From: Octopus bimaculoides
Lineage: Eukaryota
NCBI RefSeq assembly: GCF_001194135.2
Contig: NC_068983.1
Span: forward strand, 108,750,029 to 108,814,028
Length of the DNA: 64,000 bases
Direction of reading: 5' to 3'
Shown here: piece by piece, positions 53,561-64,000 of the stretch
Numbering within the stretch: position 1 is the stretch's first letter
Layout: each line of letters starts with the position of its first letter
The notes under the pieces: generated by a model
Database searches by the model: none
Seen by the model: only the letters and a program-made list of their open reading frames with translations
Told to the model about the DNA's origin: nothing
Position numbers and translations under genes: made by a program

Positions 53561-54037
53561 AGTCTGCATTGTTTATCAGTGATGGTCATATGTGTTTATG
53601 AGTTGACAACCATCATGTATGTATGTATGTATGTGTTTATTTATCTCCTGTAAACACCCTAGGCATTTTACCATTGGACCAAATCCTTCGAATTTCTCTG
53701 TGCATTTTAGAAATTGTATTCTTACCAGCAGACATTGTATGTCACTGAAGTGACAGGAATTTATAAACTTTCAAGAGGACGTGAACTAATTCCTTATTTT
53801 GAATATCATGAAACACACACATAAAGCCATAAATAACATGTAAATAATGGATTGAAAAATACTTTTGGATAGAATAAACCAAAGAATAGCCTTTGCCATT
53901 TTATTCAAAGCAAAAAGGTTTTCCAACTTAATATTTACATACTGTTATTTATAACATCGTGTGTCATTCATGATATTTCAAAGAAAGAATTAGTCCATGA
54001 TCTCTTGAAAGTTTTATAAATTCACATGATGTCAATA

Positions 54038-54080
<43 letters not shown>
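54038..54080. repeat. (TG)n microsatellite
   Basis: Seen directly. Confidence 0.95.
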
Positions 54081-54081
<1 letters not shown>

Positions 54082-54692
54082 ACGCGCGTGCATGTAGCTT
54101 GCAATGTTGACAATGCTTTTATTGGCTTGTTGGCTGAAGTTAACAATAATTTGGCACCTTCCAAGAGTTTCAACTCCACCAGTTATATCAAGCCGTATCG
54201 ATGTAATAAGAGAATATCCAAGCAGTTTTAGCACACGATATAGCATTTTTTCTTTATGGCATCTATGCAGTCCCTATACTAAATTGAGTACTGTCACAAC
54301 AACACAAACTTTGCATTAACTATATTATTTTACTATTATCTGAAGATTTGTATTTTCCTCTCAGCCTTGGTATATCTCTCATATCAATATCAATAAGGAA
54401 GCATTTTCTGCTTCATCAGTTCACAAATAATTGCTCTGCTGTCCTTTTGAAGTCCAGTGTTAACCAGATGAGATACTGTAGATCAAATTATAAGCCCCAA
54501 ATATATTGCTGCTACAACAGGAAGTATCATACATTTCCAGTCTCATATTTCACATAATTTCTAGAATCCTTTCTTGTGTCTACTTAGTTACTATCTTCCC
54601 AAGGAACCATATGCAGTCTTCATCAGAGGAACAGCTCATCCAATTAGGATAGGATGAATTTAGCATCTGTCATTGTAAGCACTATGAAAGTG

Positions 54693-54733
54693 TTGCCATC
54701 CCCAAAAGCATCACATGCTTTTGGGGATGGCAA
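54693..54733. repeat. Perfect 19-bp stem hairpin with a 3-nt loop
   Basis: ttgccatccccaaaagcat-cac-atgcttttggggatggcaa. Confidence 0.95.
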
Positions 54734-55277
54734 GTACCTCTCAATGCTAATTCTATAATCGTCATAAAGAGGATTGAGGAAATAGTATGCCTATCATGAT
54801 GCATGACTTCAGTGCCAACCAGAGCTGGTTGTGAAATCACTGGTGGGGAATTTGCCATGGTTCCACATTAAAAGTACTTTCTCACATCCTGGAATAAAAA
54901 TTCACTGCTTTACCTATCTACTATTTGAGGTTAAAATTCATTTGTCAGGTTACATCAGACAACCAAAGTAATTTATGTTAATCTTGATAAGCCACATAGA
55001 GATTGAAGCCTTGGATACTGCAACACCATAGCCATAGAGTGATGAGTCTCATGAAACTATTCAATGTTAGGCATCTTGATATCTTTGTTTTCAGAAGTCT
55101 ATAATTTATGATATACAGTGAAAATGAATATCAGATAGTGAAGGTCACTGATAATGCCCTATCCTCCAAAAGTATCTGCAGTCGTTCTGCACAGCACCAC
55201 CTTGTGTTGCAGTTCTTTCTATCCATGTAATGTTCTTGCTAACACTCTGAGGACACCAGTGCTGTTGTTGTGAAAGC

Positions 55278-55325
<48 letters not shown>

Positions 55326-56400
55326 CATATGCACATACAGAAGTATACTTAAAAAACATTTTTTACAACTAATATTCTAATATATAAAATACTATGAAAA
55401 TACATTAATTATTCTTAGTGATATGCTTCAACAAAATTTACAATTTCACATTGGGTAAATATTCCCTTTGAAATATATGCCATTAAATTTCCATTAATTA
55501 TGTAAAATATTAATATTGTATCATTCAGTGTCATATAGCAAAGCAATTAAGTTGATTGACTAGAAAATTTCAGCCTTGCCAAAAGGTTTTCATTATGCTT
55601 CTAGTAAATGAACATTACTCTCTATTTACCTCAGACTCTGAAATTAAATACAATAGTTATGTGGTTGTTGTTAGGATGAAAAATATAGCTGCAACTGATA
55701 AAAGTGGAAGAACTGTTTTACCATGAAGAAACAAATGTGAAAATACTAGACAGTATAAAATCTTTTGTTTATTAGTTATGCTCTAAATTTTTAGACCTTT
55801 AAAATTTAATAGCCGAATATATTTAAAATGTAGGAAATATTATTAGATGACAGAATTGTTATAAACTGTTTTGTTTTCAGCTTTAATGTGAATCACAAAT
55901 AAAATAAAAAAAGAACCAGCTGCATGTTATAGCTTACATTTGCTGAAATGTGATGTTTGTTAAATTTTCATTATATGTGCAATATCAAACCTATCAGAAA
56001 TAATCATTTTCGCCTTTCTTTAGATTTCATTCAAACTGTAATATTATATTAACATTTTTCTATATTTTCATTTTTTATATTCATCTCTACAAATGTAAAT
56101 ACATTCTGAAAGTTAAATTTATTTGGTAGTCTTCCATTAATGAATAAAAGTAAAAAATTGAGACATAAAATGATTTAAAATCTTAGAGCTGTCAAATGTG
56201 GATGAAATGCAATGTGCAAATATTGCTGCTTACATAGTTGCAAGGTATGTAAAAGGTGATGACAATGAAGTTGCTGTTTCCAGGAAGGGTACATATGAAT
56301 TCTTATTTCTGTATCAACCCTAAAATTGGTGTAGGGCAGGAATCAAGATTTTATTCAAAATCAAGAAAGATTGAAATTGTGACTAAGTAAATAAGTCTTT

Positions 56401-56482
56401 GTACTTTATAGTGACAGTATGCATTATGATAAACATATTTTTGTACATTGTAGTGACAGTATGCATTATGATAAACATATTT
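56401..56482. repeat. 42-bp tandem duplication
   Basis: tagtgacagtatgcattatgataaacatatttt at 56409 and 56451. Confidence 0.9.
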
Positions 56483-57439
56483 TAGTAAACAGTAAATAAA
56501 CTATTATACTAATGGTGATATTAGTAGCAACAAATAGACATAAGCAATCAGAAGATTGAGAATATTTTAAATTGAGTGCAAATGATTATTACTTCATCCA
56601 TACTAATCTATAACAAATGTTTTATCCTTTGAGATTTTTGAATATCATTAGATTGTGAATTTAAAATAGATTATAAATTGGTACTTTCATTTTAAAGCCA
56701 AATATATTTGTTTCAGCTGTAGCACACCATTATAAATTCTTTTTGTGATAATCTGAATTTCTTTAATAAATTTATAAATTATTTTATTAATATCTATTGA
56801 TAATTTGAAATAACAACTGATAGATAATTGTAATAATTATATATAATATGTATGAGATTTAAAAGGAAACATCAAGATTCATTGGAGTATTTGGGTTAAA
56901 TGCTCACATATTATGTGGGAATATTTTTCCAGTTCATAATCACATAGAAACACAGACTTTTACAGCAGAACATAAAGCAAAATCTTTGTGCCAATCAATA
57001 TAGCAAACACACACATATATTGTTATTACGCTAACACCCTTGTTTATAGTTATATCACAAACAAAGCCTTTTATGTTTGTCATTGATTGCCTATAAATAC
57101 AATTATGTAAATATTAAAATTATATCAGAAATCTATAAAAGAAATGTACTATTCATGTACAGATAATATGCATTTTAATTTCAACATTTTCAACTTCTAC
57201 ATTAAAATAGGCTATATTTATTTGACAGTTGATTTTATATGTGTTTCTCCATGCTAGCATGGGTTAAATGAAAATATTATAGAAGTACTGTTTCATAGCT
57301 GGATACCCTTCCTGAAACTAACCATTACTTGTTTATCAAGTGAAAGATCTTTCATTCCATATGCATTCAAACGTATAAAGAGAACAGACAATTTAGTGAC
57401 AGATTAAATAAGCAAGTGCATGTGTAAATGGATATATAC

Positions 57440-57446
57440 ATACACA

Positions 57447-57482
<36 letters not shown>

Positions 57483-57862
57483 NNNNNNNNNNNNNNNNNN
57501 NNNNNNNNNNNNNNNNNNNNNNNNNNNNNNNNNNNNNNNNNNNNNNNNNNNNNNNNNNNNNNNNNNNNNNNNNNNNNNNNNNNNNNNNNNNNNNNNNNNN
57601 NNNNNNNNNNNNNNNNNNNNNNNNNNNNNNNNNNNNNNNNNNNNNNNNNNNNNNNNNNNNNNNNNNNNNNNNNNNNNNNNNNNNNNNNNNNNNNNNNNNN
57701 NNNNNNNNNNNNNNNNNNNNNNNNNNNNNNNNNNNNNNNNNNNNNNNNNNNNNNNNNNNNNNNNNNNNNNNNNNNNNNNNNNNNNNNNNNNNNNNNNNNN
57801 NNNNNNNNNNNNNNNNNNNNNNNNNNNNNNNNNNNNNNNNNATATATATATATATATATATA
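57440..57862. repeat. (TA)n flanking N-gap 57483-57841
   Basis: Seen directly. Confidence 0.95.
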
Positions 57863-57914
57863 AATATGATAAGCTTGTTTTCCCTTTTCATCTTTCATAT
57901 CTACTCAAACGTCT

Positions 57915-58020
57915 TTTATCAGCTTGAGGTCACAAGAAAAGACACTTGCCCTAGGTGCTGTGCAATGGGACCGAACCTAAACCTGTGTGGTTGGGCAGAA
58001 AACTTTTTAACTACACATCC
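57915..58020 (-). mobile_element. Decayed tRNA-SINE head
   Basis: aagacacttgccctaggtgctgtgcaatgggaccgaacc resembles 44994-45035. Confidence 0.6.
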
Positions 58021-59289
58021 AAATGCAATTATAAAAGATAATTTTGCCTAAGATAAGTTTAGTGAAGAAAATGCAATACTTCAGCTATAAAATCCTTTCA
58101 TAGATCACTATTTCAAAGAAATAATCATTTGAAATATAAAAATAGGCATTTTTAAAGAAATTTCAGTTTTGTATATTTGTGATTTCAGATAAACAAATTC
58201 ATGAACATAGCCTTTATTAGACCATAATATACTGAAATAACTGAAATGTTTAGAGTAGAATATAACATAAAAATTTATCTTGATGTGAGGTTGGCATATT
58301 CTTTTACTTTGAAAATTAGTATTGATTAATCATTAGAAAATATTCTATACCACTCAAAAATTTTCATTTCTTTTAAATGTTTTCAAGTGTAACCATTTGT
58401 ACCTCACCTCATTGCCCTTTTTGAAGAGTATCCTTTTATCTGTATTTCCTCTTGAAGATTGAGCTATGCATGAATTAATCATTATTGTAGAAATACCATC
58501 TCAAAAACTTCTGATCACATTTTTTAATGATTAAACACTTGCATACTCATGGGCAAAACTGTATATCAATAGCATATCAATATAAAGATGCAGTTCAATA
58601 CAGCAGTAAATTTTGATGGATTGTTGAGTAATCTTTTGCTAGTCTACTGAGATGGGAAAAGGCTAAAAATATTGCCATCTACCATGTTACAATCAGCTGT
58701 TTTTTGACGGTTTTTGTATATTTTTTAATTATAATACTATAGTGAAGTTTTGTTGTTTTATGTAAATGGTATAAGAGGAAAATATGCACTCATAATGTAA
58801 TGCCTATTTTGATTTGGAAATGTATGCTACATTTTTTCTTGAAAATTTATTCCACTTTATGATGAACAAGTTTTCATTCATTTCAAATATCTAGAATATG
58901 CTAAATATCTGCGATAACATGAAACAGCATATTTACACTTTTATTTTTTCTGTACAATAACAATTAACAGTTAAAACATAACTTGGGATTTGTTTAATTT
59001 TTCACATTATTATATACAATTTAATTTCAAGAAATGAGCAGAGGGAATTTATTCATTTGTTTAATGTCCTTTATTTCTGAGCTAATCAAAGTTGGACAGT
59101 GACATATTTGGAGGAAGATTTTATTGATATATATTCTCACTGTTACAAATAACTATTTTTCAAGTAAGAGATTTCTTATTCCAAACATTTGAAAGTGCAG
59201 ATGACAAGTCATTAGATCAACAAAGAATGTCAATAGCACTCAAATATCACCTTCAGATATCAACATTCATACATATGCACACGCATGTG

Positions 59290-59290
59290 T

Positions 59291-59331
<41 letters not shown>

Positions 59332-59553
59332 TACATATATATANNNNNNNNNNNNNNNNNNNNNNNNNNNNNNNNNNNNNNNNNNNNNNNNNNNNNNNNN
59401 NNNNNNNNNNNNNNNNNNNNNNNNNNNNNNNNNNNNNNNNNNNNNNNNNNNNNNNNNNNNNNNNNNNNNNNNNNNNNNNNNNNNNNNNNNNNNNNNNNNN
59501 NNNNNNNNNNNNNNNNNNNNNNNNNNNNNNNNNNTATATATATATATATATAT
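59290..59553. repeat. (CA)n/(TA)n flanking N-gap 59344-59534
   Basis: Seen directly. Confidence 0.95.
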
Positions 59554-60569
59554 GGTGAACAATGAATGGCATTGGAGAGTAAATGGATTAAAGTTGCAGT
59601 TGAGAAGTTAGTTAACGTAGGGAACTGGAAGGCATGTGAATATTGGAAAACAGTTACCTGCACCATGATGATTCATGTTATGTGTCAAAATGCTGATATC
59701 ATGACAGCAAAAGTTCTATCCTAAAACTACTCAGTTATGCTTGCATGTATGAGGCCCTCCTCTCTACCATCTATTTAACATGCATTTCCTATCCCATACT
59801 TATCCCTTCCCCATCTATGGTACTACTCAATTATTGTATTCATCTGAGAGCAGAATTAGCACATATTACATCCCATCCTCTCACTAACAACTTCTATTCC
59901 TCCTTATTCCTTCCCACACTATTTCTACCAATCACATCCTTTTTATGCCTTCAACTACTGCTCTCTCTGTCTTTTGTGCCATACTCCGTTCTAAATACTT
60001 CTCTTATCTGCTATCATTCTCAATGCCCTTCCATTTCTACCATTATGACTCACATACTATAGCTTCTTATATATCCCTATATCGCCCTCTCCACTGCTCC
60101 TGCTTCTTGCACATCATTCCACAACTTACTGTTCTATTCTCCTTCCTGAGCCACTCTTTTATCTCATACGTTACCCCTCTCCTAGCATTTCCCATCATCC
60201 ACACTCCTACATTTGTTCATCACTCACTACATTAAACTCTACATCCATCTGTTTACAACCACCTCACACTCTTATGAAAGCATCCACTCTCATCCTCTCC
60301 CATGACTCATTGCTTGCACTTTCTTGTTCCTGGAGAGTTTGATGTACCAACACATCACTGCCTTCCTTTTATCTCCTTCAGCCATGTATTTCTCTCTTTA
60401 GCAAGAAACCTGTTTTGTCCCTCTAACATACTTTAGCCTTTAAAACAAGCATAAAGCCACCCACCTTCAACCTACCCTAAAAAATCGCTTTTACGAGTGG
60501 GAGCTTTCTCCTTTCTGTTTTCCCTTTTCTTTTCTGTTTTGCAAGGCACATGTCAACCTCACAAGTACC

Positions 60570-60750
60570 AGGGGCACAAAAAAAGCACACAGTACACTCT
60601 ATAAAGTCGTCGGCATTAGGAAGTGCATTCAGCTGTAGAAACAATGCCAAAGATAGCATTGGAGCTTGACATGACACTGCAGCTCACTGATTACCTGTTA
60701 ACATGCTCAACGCATGCCAGCATGGAAAGCAAACATTAATTGTCAACGAT
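60570..60750 (+). mobile_element. Family C SINE, decayed
   Basis: gtacactctataaagtcgtcggcattaggaagtgcattcagctgtagaaac...caacgcatgccagcatggaaag. Confidence 0.65.
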
Positions 60751-60789
60751 GTTTATACATATATATATATATATCTTTATCTTTTACAT

Positions 60790-61878
60790 TTTACTTGTTT
60801 TAGCCATTTGGCTGTGGCCATGCTGGAGCAATGCCTTGAAGGGTTTTAGCTGAACAAATTGATCTTAGGAATTATTAATTTTTTCAGTCTGGTACTTCTT
60901 TTGTTGGTCTCTTTTGGCAAAATGCTAAGTTATGGGGACGTAAACACACCAACACCGATTATCAAGTGGTGGTGGGGGACAAACACAGACACAAAGACNN
61001 NNNNNNNNNNNNNNNNNNNNNNNNNNNNNNNNNNNNNNNNNNNNNNNNNNNNNNNNNNNNNNNNNNNNNNNNNNNNNNNNNNNNNNNNNNNNNNNNNNNN
61101 NNNNNNNNNNNNNNNNNNNNNNNNNNNNNNNNNNNNNNNNNNNNNNNNNNNNNNNNNNNNNNNNNNNNNNNNNNNNNNNNNNNNNNNNNNNNNNNNNNNN
61201 NNNNNNNNNNNNNNNNNNNNNNNNNNNNNNNNNNNNNNNNNNNNNNNNNNNNNNNNNNNNNNNNNNNNNNNNNNNNNNNNNNNNNNNNNNNNNNNNNNNN
61301 NNNNNNNNNNNNNNNNNNNNNNNNNNNNNNNNNNNNNNNNNNNNNNNNNNNNNNNNNNNNNNNNNNNNNNNNNNNNNNNNNNNNNNNNNNNNNNNNNNNN
61401 NNNNNNNNNNNNNNNNNNNNNNNNNNNNNNNNNNNNNNNNNNNNNNNNNNNNNNNNNNNNNNNNNNNNNNNNNNNNNNNNNNNNNNNNNNNNNNNNNNNN
61501 NNNNNNNNNNNNNNNNNNNNNNNNNNNNNNNNNNNNNNNNNNNNNNNNNNNNNNNNNNNNNNNNNNNNNNNNNNNNNNNNNNNNNNNNNNNNNNNNNNNN
61601 NNNNNNNNNNNNNNNNNNNNNNNNNNNNNNNNNNNNNNNNNNNNNNNNNNNNNNNNNNNNNNNNNNNNNNNNNNNNNNNNNNNNNNNNNNNNNNNNNNNN
61701 NNNNNNNNNNNNNNNNNNNNNNNNNNNNNNNNNNNNNNNNNNNNNNNNNNNNNNNNNNNNNNNNNTATATATATATATATATATATGCACATACATACAT
61801 GTATATTCTTTTACTTTTTTTTTCTTTTACTTGTTTCAGTCAGTCATTTGACTGTGGCCATGCTGGAGCACCACCTTG
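60790..61878 (-). mobile_element. Family B SINE fragments flanking N-gap 60999-61765
   Basis: catttggctgtggccatgctggagca...ctaagttatggggacgtaaacacacc on the left; gtttcagtcagtcatttgactgtggccatgctggagcaccacc on the right. Confidence 0.8.
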
Positions 61879-63628
61879 AATATATATATACACACACACA
61901 CACATATAAGTATACCCATATGCATATATAAAGAGCATATTAAAGAATAAAGTATATTTAGATGTAAAAGATTGAGGCATCTGTGGCATGTAATGTAATT
62001 AGAAATATATATATGCATGGGTATTTTGCATTATGGGAGTAATGCACTCTTGAAAATCTTGCAGTAATGTGAAATCCTGTAACATAAAATTAATTTTCCC
62101 ATTGATTTTCATGTTATAAAGTGAGATGCATTCTGATGGATTTTTACAGCAGCAATAACAAAATAAAAAACAATTTTTAAGCACGAAAATAACAATTTCT
62201 AATCATACACTGTGCACTAAATATGTACGCATAAAAAAATCCGAAGAAAAAATACATTAGCGTATAAATGAGAAGCCTAATATCATAGTAGGGTATGTTC
62301 TTACCCCTAAAAGATGTCAATCATTAAAGGCTGGAGTAAGAATGAGAGTTACTGGGAGAATGAGAGGCACTATCTTCTACCTTACAGTTCATCATCAAAA
62401 TCATCTCTGTATTGCTAAGTGTAGAAACATTAGAAACTTCTCTTGTAATGTTTATGCTACATTCACGATTAGGATTGTTATTTATAAAATCTTGTAGATC
62501 TTTCTCTAGAAGAACCAACCCTGTATCAATATTCTTTGCAATCAATTCCTATAATTTGAGGTTATAATAAAAAACTGAGAATATTTCAAAAGTTATTCAA
62601 TGTCATTTGTAAACATTTTCCTACAAAACGTTTTAAATATAAGCTTGAGTGAAATAGTGTCATAATGTATGCATGCACACAAACAACAGATTTGTTTCTA
62701 ACTGACATAATCTGAGAATACGGTGAAACAAACCCATGTAAGCTCTGTACATACTTTAGTAGTAAATTGCATAAATATCTTAGGATAAAAGTGAATAACA
62801 TACCTTTATATACAAATATATTTATAATTGGCAAATTATTGATTAGAACCAGTTAAATGTTGAATAATATTTTCAGATGATATTAAATGTGCAATGAAAG
62901 ACGTAAAATTAGAAGTTAGTATGCAAGTGTAGGAACATTTTTTTTTAATTCAGAAGTCTCAAACATTACACTTCACTAAATACTTTGTCAATATGTCAAT
63001 ATATGGGATAGTAATTTATCTGAAGGGGTCTAGAGTCAAGCATTAAAAGTAAACAATTTGCTGGAAATAGATTTCTGTCAGTCTCAGGTATATTGATTTC
63101 TTTGATGATAAAATGAAGAAACATTTTAGTATTATGTAACCAGTACTATCATACACATCCATATGCTACGTTGATTGGAGAAGGTGGAAGCAAAATTACT
63201 AAGTGAATATTGTATTGCCCTGTTGTCTTAACTGTATTCTAGACATTTTCTTGTGTATTTGGAGAGTATCCTTAATTCTAATTTTCTCAGTCAAGACTTG
63301 ATGGGAATGTTGCCTTAAAAGCATTTTATTTCAAACATTCATCTTTTAACCACCTCTTGTCCAAAAAGTTCATCCAAAAATCCCTCAGTAAATATGAAAG
63401 ATTTGCATGTTTTCTGCTCTATAGATTGTTTATTTTTTTAAGCCTAAAAGTGTATTGTTTGCAATCAGAGTGAATGAAAGTAACAAAGCTTAATATTTCA
63501 GAAAAAAACATCAAGTCTGAGAGTTTTAAGAAGAGTTGGGATATTGTAACCTATATCGAATATATTAATAATAAAGAAAAAATGCAATAGTTGAATCTAA
63601 GAAGAAATTTAGGTTCCCTATTTGACTC

Positions 63629-63671
<43 letters not shown>
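63629..63671. repeat. (AAT)n microsatellite
   Basis: Seen directly. Confidence 0.97.
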
Positions 63672-64000
63672 TTCCAGGGAGACACGCTCTCTCCACTCCT
63701 GTTCTGTCTGGCACTCACACCTTTAACCGAATGGCTAAATAGAACTGGATGCAGTTACAAATGCTACGGAAAAACAGTCAGCCACCTTCTATATATGGAT
63801 GACCTAAAATTATATGCAAAAAACGACAAAGAGCTAGAAACACTACTACAGACAGTACACGGCTTTACCAAGGAAATAGATATGAAATTCGGATTAGAAA
63901 AATGTGCCAAAGCAACCCTGAAAAGAGGAAAATTAGTTAAAAGTAGCAATATAACACTAGATAAAGCCAATGAAATAAGAGAACTAGACGAAAGCCAACC
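63669..64000 (+). CDS. Reverse transcriptase fragment of a non-LTR retrotransposon (R4/Dong-like), 5'-truncated, running off the window
   Basis: Open frame IFQGDTLSPLLFCLALTPL...SHLLYMDDLKLYAKN...MKFGLEKCA with the QGDxLSP and YMDD motifs and no stops in 110 codons; begins directly in (AAT)n. Confidence 0.92.

Noticed and set aside
56187-56244. Candidate exon LSNVDEMQCANIAAYIVAR with an AG|GTATGT donor
   Set aside because: Poor polypyrimidine tract, no recognisable homology and no linked exons.
1-64000. Fanzor/TnpB or another RNA-guided nuclease
   Set aside because: I recognised no RuvC or zinc-ribbon motifs; all identifiable coding remnants are DDE transposase, PIF1 helicase, RT, RLE, GIY-YIG or C2H2.

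Overview
AT-rich eukaryotic non-coding DNA, dense in microsatellites and with six N-gaps. The repeat families look like those of an octopus/coleoid cephalopod assembly (inference from recalled repeats; not searched). I cannot support any intact host gene, RNA gene or CRISPR array. Recognisable content is transposon-derived: three Tc1/mariner relics, a Helitron cluster (PIF1-type helicase fragment plus a non-autonomous element with both termini), four fragments of RLE-type (R4/Dong-like) non-LTR retrotransposons, two Penelope-like GIY-YIG fragments, an RTE-like 3' end with three C2H2 fingers, and many tRNA-derived SINEs and MITEs. The most notable structures are (i) a 415-bp, 98%-identical inverted repeat (28678-29092 / 30325-30739) around a 1.23-kb spacer, (ii) a 3.8-kb mariner-TIR-bounded composite (20068-23843) carrying Helitron DNA, and (iii) RLE LINE copies sitting at (TAA)n tracts. 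Alignments and translations were done by eye, so boundaries of decayed elements are approximate.
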